Assembly: GCF_000092105.1 (NCBI RefSeq)
Contig: NC_014148.1
Span: 690,001 to 722,000 of the forward strand
Length of the DNA stretch: 32,000 nucleotides
Direction of reading: 5' to 3'
From: Planctopirus limnophila DSM 3776
GTDB lineage: Bacteria > Planctomycetota > Planctomycetia > Planctomycetales > Planctomycetaceae
The position numbers were made by a program, and so were the translations under genes. The stretch's first letter is position 1; each line of letters starts with the position of its first letter. Under the pieces are notes generated by a model. That model saw only the letters and a program-made list of their open reading frames with translations, was not told where the DNA came from and ran no database searches. Below, piece after piece: positions 1 to 6,940 of the stretch.

Positions 1-142
1 AAGAAATGGGGAGGTTTTCTGGCATGCGGGTATTCCCTGGTGATGTTTCAGTGTGAGCGAACCTGCAGATTTCCATCGTACAAACGGCAAAGAACGCATT
101 TGACCAGTCAAAGTATGACAACCAGCGGGTCGCGAATCCAAA

Positions 143-1192
143 TTATTTGAACGAAAGTGAGCCGTGTTGCTCCTGCCATTGACGAAATGCTGCGAGAACC
201 TGTGCAGGAGTCGCAGTTCCCGTTGCTCCCAATTGCTGGACAGTCACCCCCGCCACCAGATTGGCCACAATGGCGGCATCGATTACAGAACCACCAGAAG
301 CCAGAGTCAGCACCGCACCCGCTGTGGCCCCATCGCCTGCACCTGTGGGATCAACCGGACCTGTGACCTTCAACCCCGGGATGAGCTGCTGTTTGGGATC
401 ACTCACGATGATCCCTTTTTCGCCCAAAGTCACAAAAACGGTCGCACCGGTTTCGGCCCGCAAGCGAGGGACGACCGGAATCAAATCTTTCTCATCAAGC
501 TCGTCGCCAGGGAGTGGCTTGAATCGTCCGACCGCTTCGAACTGATTGGGCTTGATGATGATATTGCGGAAGTGGCGCACATTCCGTCGGCTATCGGCCC
601 AGAAAGTCACTTTGGGAAACCGTAGTGCCAACTCAGCAAGGACATCTCGCATCGACGATGTGATGACGCCTGTGTTCTGAATTTCCACTTGATCCATAAT
701 GATCAACGCATCGACTCGCGGCAAAATGTGTGTGAGTGCCGCCGTAAGTTGGGCGATGACCGATTGCGGTGTCGGATGACGATTTCGCACATCGTAACGG
801 TGCATTTCTCCCTGCAGGCCCGGGATATGAATTTCTGTCGGCTTGATGCTGGTGGGAGTGCGGATTTCAGGGCAACGCAGCAGGCCATCTGTCGAACAAC
901 CCAGCTTCCTCAACCCTTGATGGAGATCGTACCCTTCGCCATCATCACCAATGGCTCCCAGGGCATAAAGTTCCCCGGCACCTAGAGCGGCCAGGTTGTT
1001 GATCACTGTCCCCGCAGCACTGGGGCTACGGCGGACTCCCACCACCTGATGGGCTTTGCGACCTGTTTCCTGACTTGTTTCTAACAGGCCGGAATCAATC
1101 TCAAGGTACTTATCGAGAAAGAAATCTCCCAGAACTGCAATACGCCGCAAGGGGAACTCGCAAAAGAGCTTTTGGAGATCCTCGATGTTCAT
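143..1192 (-). CDS. PfkB-family carbohydrate kinase, resembling the kinase domain of RfaE/HldA heptose-7-phosphate kinases
   Basis: 349-aa ORF. The N-terminus (RIAVLGDFFLDKYL) resembles the RfaE domain I start. A C-terminal DPTGAGD motif matches the PfkB signature 2 region. The start is ATG. Overlapping ORFs in other frames look non-protein-like. Confidence 0.85.
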   Translation of the reverse strand: MNIEDLQKLFCEFPLRRIAVLGDFFLDKYLEIDSGLLETSQETGRKAHQVVGVRRSPSAAGTVINNLAALGAGELYALGAIGDDGEGYDLHQGLRKLGCSTDGLLRCPEIRTPTSIKPTEIHIPGLQGEMHRYDVRNRHPTPQSVIAQLTAALTHILPRVDALIIMDQVEIQNTGVITSSMRDVLAELALRFPKVTFWADSRRNVRHFRNIIIKPNQFEAVGRFKPLPGDELDEKDLIPVVPRLRAETGATVFVTLGEKGIIVSDPKQQLIPGLKVTGPVDPTGAGDGATAGAVLTLASGGSVIDAAIVANLVAGVTVQQLGATGTATPAQVLAAFRQWQEQHGSLSFK

Positions 1193-1259
1193 ATTTCAAT
1201 TCCGAATGAAGGCGACTGTCGATGGATGACGGATCCACATCAAATAGCGCAAGATATGC

Positions 1260-1550
1260 GTGAAGATTAACGGATTGCTCTCGATTATGGTAATCGGAGC
1301 AGCAGAATCCCGGAAAGGTGACCGCGTGATTTCTCAAGAACTGGCGATGGGTCTGGCACTGATCGGGATGAGCCTCTTCTTCCTGCAGCGCGCTGTGTGG
1401 ATTGTGGCTGAAACCCGAAAGGGTCAATGGCTGAAGAGTCGTCTGGGTGAGGATCGAGCCGTGATGACTGTCCGCTTGATTGCCATGAGCTTTGCACTGA
1501 TCGGTGGGCTGCTGGCTGCCGGTGTGATCGAACCATGGCGCTGGGAGTGA
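1260..1550 (+). CDS. Small hypothetical membrane protein (about 96 aa)
   Basis: Contains two to three hydrophobic segments (LAMGLALIGMSLFFL, VRLIAMSFALIGGLLAAGVI). Codon usage is similar to neighbouring genes. The start is uncertain: GTG at 1260 or ATG at 1287. I recognise no family. Confidence 0.45.
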   Translation: MKINGLLSIMVIGAAESRKGDRVISQELAMGLALIGMSLFFLQRAVWIVAETRKGQWLKSRLGEDRAVMTVRLIAMSFALIGGLLAAGVIEPWRWE

Positions 1551-1751
1551 ACTGCCATTTTGAGAGCTCAAGAAACTTTATGGCAGGATCGGCCCAAGGA
1601 CTTTCGTTGAGCGACACTCTGCTGAGCGAAGTGATGGATGCTGCATGTTTTTTGCCCATAGATCTTTAACCTGTAGGCGGGTCTGGTTGATAGTTCACGC
1701 ATGGAAGAACCCACGGCCACTTAAAAGACTCTTTGCCTCCCGGGAATGCTA

Positions 1752-1796
1752 GAAACGAAAAACTCCCGGCAGCCTCGCAAAGTTGGGTGCCGGGAG
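1752..1796 (-). terminator. Putative rho-independent terminator downstream of the 1883-3070 gene
   Basis: A perfect 9-bp stem, CTCCCGGCA (1763-1771) with TGCCGGGAG (1788-1796), encloses a 16-nt loop. On the minus strand it is followed by TTTTTCGTTTC. Confidence 0.55.
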
Positions 1797-1882
1797 ATGG
1801 ATTACTCGGATCAAAAATTCAATAAGCCGTCAGTGGGTGAGCGTTCTCAAGGGCTGGCCTGACGCTCGATATGATCGGCCGC

Positions 1883-3070
1883 TTAGTTTCCATTTCCCGG
1901 ATTGTTGGAATTGGCTGCTGCACTTTGCGGTTGAGGCAAACTGACGAGCACCCAGCGTTCGGTCTTGCCACGTCGATGAATGAGAACGGGAGCATCACCA
2001 TCGGTCAGATTCTTAAGGCCCGCTTCCATATAGAAACCCTCGGAATCACCGACAGTCCATGCAGCCCGCTGTGTTTGTGGATCAACCATTCCATGAATCA
2101 GCTGAGTGTGGTCGGAAACGAGTTCTGTATAGTTACCTCGTAACACTCCCTGTTTGTTGATCGCCAGCTGCACTGTCAACTGAGGCTGCTGGTCTTCAGA
2201 AGGAACCAGGGCGAAGACGCCCAACGGCAACCAGTCATCAGCAGGTGTTGTCGTCGCGTTTCGTCCATTGTTGGCCATTTGCGCTGCCTGCTGACTGTAT
2301 GCTGCAGCACTCCCTGCCACCTGGCCATTCACGACAACCATCTGGTTTTCATAATTGACGTTGTCGCCGTATCCGTAGGAGACAGCAGCGTTCGTCTGGT
2401 AGCCACAGTGCGCTGCCACTGCCGCGTGGCTGGCGTTGGTATAGGCGGCATTGGCTGGCCAGTTCGACGCTGTCCATGCCGCCTGATTGTCTCCATGCCA
2501 TTCGGGTGTATAAAGGCTGGGATGATCGAAGGAATCCCTCACAGCTGCATAGCCCGCTGCGCCGGATACGGCTGGTTGATTGTTTTTAGCTGCCGTAGCG
2601 CCAACAGCAGCTCCCTGGGCACCGGACATTGTCGGCTGATTTTTATTGGCAGCAGCCGCACCAGCGGCAGCGCCTTCCGCTCCAGAAGCCGTGGGCTGAT
2701 TTCGACGTGATGCGGCAGCACCTGCGGCTGCATCTTCAGCACCACTCGGATTGGATGATTTGTTTTTATTAGCTGCCGCTGCGGCCCCCTGTGGGTTGTT
2801 GGCATTGAAAGGATTTTTCTTGTCCTCATTGCCCGGCAAATCCCCCTGGCTGGTGCCAGGCTTTTTACCTGAAGGTGAAGACCAGGCGCCACCCGGCGGC
2901 TTGCTGCCAGATTTCTCTGCAGAAGAGCTTGATCCACCCGGGCGGCCGCCACCCGACTTATCTCCACCGCCGCCTTCCCCACCGCGCCCTCGCTGCTCTG
3001 CGGAAGCTGAAGATATCGCGAGGATCAATGTCAATAACATCACCAGTGGAGTTGCTCGATGCCGCATCAC
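1883..3070 (-). CDS. Secreted Gly/Ala-rich repeat protein with a structured C-terminal domain of unknown function
   Basis: The N-terminus has a signal peptide (LVMLLTLILAISSASA/EQ). A Gly-rich tract follows, then about four tandem ~19-20 aa repeats (NQPxxSGAxGAAxGAxAA). The C-terminal domain is non-repetitive (DWLPLGVFALVP...LAINKQGVLRGNYTE...RAAWTVGD). The ATG at 3067 is an alternative to the GTG at 3070. Confidence 0.8.
   Translation of the reverse strand: MMRHRATPLVMLLTLILAISSASAEQRGRGGEGGGGDKSGGGRPGGSSSSAEKSGSKPPGGAWSSPSGKKPGTSQGDLPGNEDKKNPFNANNPQGAAAAANKNKSSNPSGAEDAAAGAAASRRNQPTASGAEGAAAGAAAANKNQPTMSGAQGAAVGATAAKNNQPAVSGAAGYAAVRDSFDHPSLYTPEWHGDNQAAWTASNWPANAAYTNASHAAVAAHCGYQTNAAVSYGYGDNVNYENQMVVVNGQVAGSAAAYSQQAAQMANNGRNATTTPADDWLPLGVFALVPSEDQQPQLTVQLAINKQGVLRGNYTELVSDHTQLIHGMVDPQTQRAAWTVGDSEGFYMEAGLKNLTDGDAPVLIHRRGKTERWVLVSLPQPQSAAANSNNPGNGN
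2543..2800 (-). repeat. In-frame tandem coding repeats (Ala/Gly/Asn-rich units of ~57 nt) inside the 1883-3070 CDS
   Basis: The translated units are NKSSNPSGAEDAAAGAAASR / RNQPTASGAEGAAAGAAAANK / NQPTMSGAQGAAVGATAAKN / NQPAVSGAAGYAA. They are visible at DNA level as recurring gctgatt...ggcagc blocks. Confidence 0.6.
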
Positions 3071-3390
3071 GTGTCCTTAGAATCATTACCCTGTGATCAG
3101 AATGCCAGAAGCTCTCGTGGACGACCATGGGCAAACCTCGCTGAAGACTGATCGGATAGTCCCGTAGAAAATGACGGGGTTGAGATCCAAGAAGCGACGA
3201 TTTACGAATGTTGAGCAATTTGAGTTTATGACATCTAAACTAGAGCAATTTGCCCTCGAGTTCGCAAGGAGCACTGAAAGAACTTTCGGTGACGGTATTG
3301 GCTGATTATTAATCGCTGCTGGCATTTATCAGCTTATCAATAGTCATGTTATTAATAGCCTGTTTATGAATAATCGTGTCGTTGGTTAGT

Positions 3391-3435
3391 TAAAGGAGAA
3401 AGCCAGTGGTCTCTATGTCAGAGAAACCACTGGCT
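3391..3435 (-). terminator. Putative terminator hairpin downstream of the Spy-like gene
   Basis: A perfect 10-bp stem, AGCCAGTGGT (3401-3410) with ACCACTGGCT (3426-3435), sits 47 bp past the stop at 3482. The trailing tract on the minus strand (TTCTCCTTTA) is only weakly T-rich. Confidence 0.4.
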
Positions 3436-3481
3436 TCAGGTTGTCGCTCAGTCGGTAGGCGAAGAGATAAACAATTGATTC

Positions 3482-4258
3482 TTAGAGATCATCGGCAGGC
3501 GCCGCGGCAGGAGCTGGCCGATTACCGGGGCGACCCTGACCACGCTGACCTGGCTGTCCGGGTGCACCACCACGACCTCCAAAGCCAGGGTTTTCGGGGA
3601 AGGTGAATGAAGCTCCCTTAAGTTCTTCGAGTTTTGTCTTCTGTTCGGCTGTGAGAACTTCCATCATTTTCGCCTGAGCTTCCGTGCGTTTGGTACGCAT
3701 TTCTTCCATCATTTTGGTGCGTTCTTCGCGGCTCATATCGCGCATACCTTCGAGATTTGGACGCGATGAGGTGCGAATTTCTTCGAGCTTAGTCTTCTGA
3801 TCGGCAGTCAGTGCCAGCTTTTCAGCAACTGTTGGAATCATGAGGGCTTCAACTCCAGCACGCTGAACCTGAAGTTGTTCGAGGCGGGTGAACTGCTCGG
3901 GTGTGAGGATCGACTTGACGGAATCCGTCATCTTTTTGGTGTGTTCAGTCATGGCCTTTTCGCGTTCTTCGCGGCTCATATCGCGAAGATTTCCCATGCC
4001 CTCTCGCATCCCCTGCATCGTTTCACGGAATTTAGTCTTCTGGTCATCGGTAATCTTCAGTTCGGTCTGAACTTCGGGCATCATGAGCAGACCCATAGGG
4101 CCGCCACCCATTCCCCCACCCATGCTACCCTGAAAACCACCACGCTGACCACCGCCTGGAGGCTGTGCTGAAGCTGTGGAAATCCACAGACAGCTCACTG
4201 CAGCCACTGCTACGGCAACGCGGCCCGCTGACTTCAAAATTTGTTCAATCTTCAACAT
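3482..4258 (-). CDS. Spy/CpxP-like periplasmic protein (LTxxQ-motif family) with Gly-rich termini
   Basis: I place the start at Met48 of the tracked ORF (ATG at 4258), which gives a signal peptide (AVAVAAVSCLWISTASA/QPP). There are four LTxxQ-type motifs (ITDDQ, LTPEQ, LTADQ, LTAEQ) in a helical, charged, Met-rich sequence. An 81-aa module is duplicated. Confidence 0.8.
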   Translation of the reverse strand: MLKIEQILKSAGRVAVAVAAVSCLWISTASAQPPGGGQRGGFQGSMGGGMGGGPMGLLMMPEVQTELKITDDQKTKFRETMQGMREGMGNLRDMSREEREKAMTEHTKKMTDSVKSILTPEQFTRLEQLQVQRAGVEALMIPTVAEKLALTADQKTKLEEIRTSSRPNLEGMRDMSREERTKMMEEMRTKRTEAQAKMMEVLTAEQKTKLEELKGASFTFPENPGFGGRGGAPGQPGQRGQGRPGNRPAPAAAPADDL

Positions 4259-4519
4259 CACACACTCCCGAAAACCTGTGAAGAACCTGACTTGAAACCC
4301 GCTATTTGACTGACGATTCACACAAATCATCAGAGGAACCAGCGCCATGCTTGTTGCGAGCCACATCTGCTGTGGGCAAGGGCTCTCTCTGTCAAACACA
4401 GGTCACTGTCAGAAGTTCCGACGATCTCTTCGGCTTTTTGCGATTTCCTGCCTCTTGTCGATTGTCGAGCTCAATCGCTTCCGATTCTTTAGTGGAGTGA
4501 TTGAGCAGATCACGCCCTC

Positions 4520-4547
4520 TTGACGTGAACCGGATCGGCGATATTAT
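4520..4547 (+). promoter_or_regulatory. Candidate sigma70-like promoter for tetR
   Basis: TTGACG (4520-4525), a 16-nt spacer, then TATTAT (4542-4547), lying 58 bp upstream of the ATG at 4605. Planctomycete promoter rules are poorly defined, so this is tentative. Confidence 0.35.
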
Positions 4548-4550
4548 GTG

Positions 4551-4564
4551 ACGGACGAGTCCGT
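4551..4564. promoter_or_regulatory. 14-bp palindrome, a candidate operator overlapping the predicted tetR transcription start
   Basis: ACGGAC-GA-GTCCGT has perfect 6-bp arms and starts 3 nt after the putative -10 element. Confidence 0.4.
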
Positions 4565-4604
4565 TTAATAATTGTTCGTCAAGTTCTTCCCTGTCGGTGT
4601 CCCC

Positions 4605-5327
4605 ATGAACTCACCCATCAAGCCCGGACGCCCTGCGAATCCCCAGTTGCGTAAGCAGCGCGAAGAGGAGATCCTTCAGGCGGCGGCGGCTCTCTTTGCA
4701 GAAAAAGGATACGCGCCGACCGATTTACAGGAACTTGCTCAGAGGTTGGGTGTCGGTAAGGGGACGGTCTACCGCTACTTCCCCACGAAGCAGGACCTCT
4801 TTCTCGCTACGGTGAAGCATGAGATTACGAGATTCACAACGACCCTCGAAAGCATGGTACCACGCGACGCTCCTCTCATTGAGCAGATGTCCCTCGTCAT
4901 CGAAGCTTACCTGCAGTTCTTTCAGCAGAATCCGGATGTCGTCGAACTGATGGTGATTGAAAGATCACACTTCAAGCATCGACGCCCCACGTACTTCGAT
5001 CTCGAAGACGATCCCTCCTGTGCCCGCTGGGATGCACTTGTTTCAGCACTCATGGAACAAGGGGTCATGCGCTCCATGCCTCTCGAAAAAGTTCGGCGGG
5101 TCGTGGGAGATCTCATCTATGGCACCATGTTTTCCAATTACATGGCCGGAAGAATCGCCAATCCCCAGGAGCAGGCTCAAGAAATTATGGATCTGCTCTA
5201 TGGAGGCTTACTGACTGGCGAGGGATGGGAGGTCTGGAGGACCCACATGAACACTCTCTGCTCATTACGTCACCCGAACGATAACAAAGAGCCTCCGAGT
5301 TCAACGCCAGCCTCACATAGAAACTAA
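4605..5327 (+). CDS. TetR/AcrR-family transcriptional regulator
   Basis: The N-terminal helix-turn-helix region is typical of TetR (REEEILQAAAALFAEKGYAPTDLQELAQRLGVGKGTVYRYFPTKQDLF). It lies immediately upstream of the RND efflux genes. I chose the ATG at 4605 over the TTG at 4572. Confidence 0.9.
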   Translation: MNSPIKPGRPANPQLRKQREEEILQAAAALFAEKGYAPTDLQELAQRLGVGKGTVYRYFPTKQDLFLATVKHEITRFTTTLESMVPRDAPLIEQMSLVIEAYLQFFQQNPDVVELMVIERSHFKHRRPTYFDLEDDPSCARWDALVSALMEQGVMRSMPLEKVRRVVGDLIYGTMFSNYMAGRIANPQEQAQEIMDLLYGGLLTGEGWEVWRTHMNTLCSLRHPNDNKEPPSSTPASHRN

Positions 5328-5335
5328 GTCTCCTC

Positions 5336-5386
5336 ATTCATTGCCACACTGTATTCATTGCAAAACTCGATTCATTGCCACACTGT
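5336..5386 (+). repeat. Three tandem 17-bp direct-repeat units between tetR and the efflux adaptor gene, a candidate regulatory site
   Basis: Unit 1 is ATTCATTGCCACACTGT (5336-5352). Unit 2 is ATTCATTGCAAAACTCG (5353-5369). Unit 3 is ATTCATTGCCACACTGT (5370-5386). Units 1 and 3 are identical. Confidence 0.6.
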
Positions 5387-5443
5387 TTGGAAATTGACGT
5401 GACCGCGACTGCCCAGATCACCGATCCGAATCCTCCGCCCGCT

Positions 5444-6940
5444 ATGATTCACCCGGCAACTCCCGCAAAGCCGGGATCGTCCCTGACCCGGGGCATCGTG
5501 ATCGTCATAACGCTGGCTGTCGTCTCGCTGGTGGGATACTGGTTTTGGCGAGAAAAGTTTTCCTCGGGAAAGACGACAACTCCTCGGGATTCTCAATCGC
5601 TATTGGTAACTCAAGAAACCCGCCTCAGTGAGGGGGAAAGCACTCACTCTGTGGCTGCATCTCCAGGATCAAATCCTCAGGATTCACCTGATCTGGCCGC
5701 GAAGGCAAAACCGGCCGTGATTGTCACGACCAGCCCTGCCCTGGTCGCCAATGTGCAGCGGATGCTCAAAGCGGTGGGCACGCTCGAAGGATTTGAAGAA
5801 ATCAGCCTCAGCCCGCAAGTTGGTGGGAGAATTCTGGCAATCCACAAAGAAGTGGGTGATCTCGTCGCACCGGGTGATCTGCTCATGGAGATCGATCCTC
5901 AGGATGCCCTGCTGACGGTCAAGGAATGCCAGAGTGCTTTGGATCTGGAACTCTCGAAACTGGGTTTGAAGGAACCGCCGGGGCAAAACTTTAACGTCGA
6001 GGCTGTCCCGGCCGTCCAGAAGGCGATGTTATTGGAACTGAATTCTCTTCGCACTTTGGAGCGAGTGCGACAACTCGCCTCTCAAAAAGTCACGACTCAG
6101 GATGACCTGGAACGAGCCGAAACAAATTACGAAGTGGCCAAGGTCGAGGCTCGCCAGCAACGATTGCTGGCTGGAGAAACGATAGCCGCCATTCGCCAGA
6201 AAATTGCACTTCTAAAAACGGCTGAAAAGCGACTGCAAGATACGCGGGTGGTGGTCCCGACACTGACCTGCCTCGAAGGTGATGTCAAAGTTCCCTGTTC
6301 GCCACAATTGACCGTGGCCGAGCGTCATGCTTCGGAAGGCGAAAATGTTGTCGTGACTCAGATTTCCCCCGTCTTTCTTCTGGTGATCGAACATCCTTTG
6401 AAGCTGAAGGTATCACTTCCTGAAAGAGTCATGGGACAGGTCAAGACCGGGCAAAAAGTGCGGGTAACCATTGAAGCCTACCCTGGTGAGATCTTCACCG
6501 GCGAGGTGAAACGCGTGAACCCGACCATTCAGAGAAGCAGCCGGACGTTTGAAGTTGAAGTGGCGATCCCGAATGAAGATCGCCGCCTGAAATCTGGATC
6601 TTTTGCTGTCGCTCAGATTCTGACGGATCACCGCCCGACGGCTGTCGTGGTACCTGAATCAGCGATTGTGAGGTTTGCCGGGGTGGTCAAGCTTTTCAAA
6701 GTGACGCCGCAAAAAACAGTGCGGGAAGTTCTCGTGATTCTTGGCGAACGCATCGAGCAGCAGGTTGATGGCAAAAGCGTTCCTTATGTGGAAGTGACGG
6801 GTGATCTTCAGCCAGGTGAAACCGTCGTGACATCCGGTCAGTCACAACTGGTCGATGGAATCGCCATCACACTGCGTGAGCCTGCACCGAATACGACTTC
6901 TGAGGCAACTGCTGCTCCAGCGAAAGGAGCCCACCAGTGA
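5444..6940 (+). CDS. RND efflux periplasmic adaptor (membrane fusion protein, HlyD/AcrA family)
   Basis: Has an N-terminal membrane anchor (GIVIVITLAVVSLVGYWFW), a coiled-coil hairpin region, and beta-barrel motifs (GQKVRVTIEAYPGEIFTGEVKRVNPTI). Its stop overlaps the pump start in GTGA. The start could also be GTG 5399 or TTG 5375, which would overlap the repeats. Confidence 0.9.
   Translation: MIHPATPAKPGSSLTRGIVIVITLAVVSLVGYWFWREKFSSGKTTTPRDSQSLLVTQETRLSEGESTHSVAASPGSNPQDSPDLAAKAKPAVIVTTSPALVANVQRMLKAVGTLEGFEEISLSPQVGGRILAIHKEVGDLVAPGDLLMEIDPQDALLTVKECQSALDLELSKLGLKEPPGQNFNVEAVPAVQKAMLLELNSLRTLERVRQLASQKVTTQDDLERAETNYEVAKVEARQQRLLAGETIAAIRQKIALLKTAEKRLQDTRVVVPTLTCLEGDVKVPCSPQLTVAERHASEGENVVVTQISPVFLLVIEHPLKLKVSLPERVMGQVKTGQKVRVTIEAYPGEIFTGEVKRVNPTIQRSSRTFEVEVAIPNEDRRLKSGSFAVAQILTDHRPTAVVVPESAIVRFAGVVKLFKVTPQKTVREVLVILGERIEQQVDGKSVPYVEVTGDLQPGETVVTSGQSQLVDGIAITLREPAPNTTSEATAAPAKGAHQ

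Noticed and set aside
1-76. A possible minus-strand gene start (ATG at 76, MEICRFAHTETSPGN...) running off the left edge downstream of the PfkB kinase.
   Set aside because: Only 25 codons are visible and there is no recognisable motif. In particular, it does not resemble the cytidylyltransferase domain that would complete an RfaE-like pair. It cannot be supported from this window.
4418-4439. CCGA...TCGG followed by CTTTTTG on the plus strand in the Spy/tetR divergent region, which looks like a terminator.
   Set aside because: The stem is only 4 bp and no upstream plus-strand gene needs terminating. It is too weak to call.
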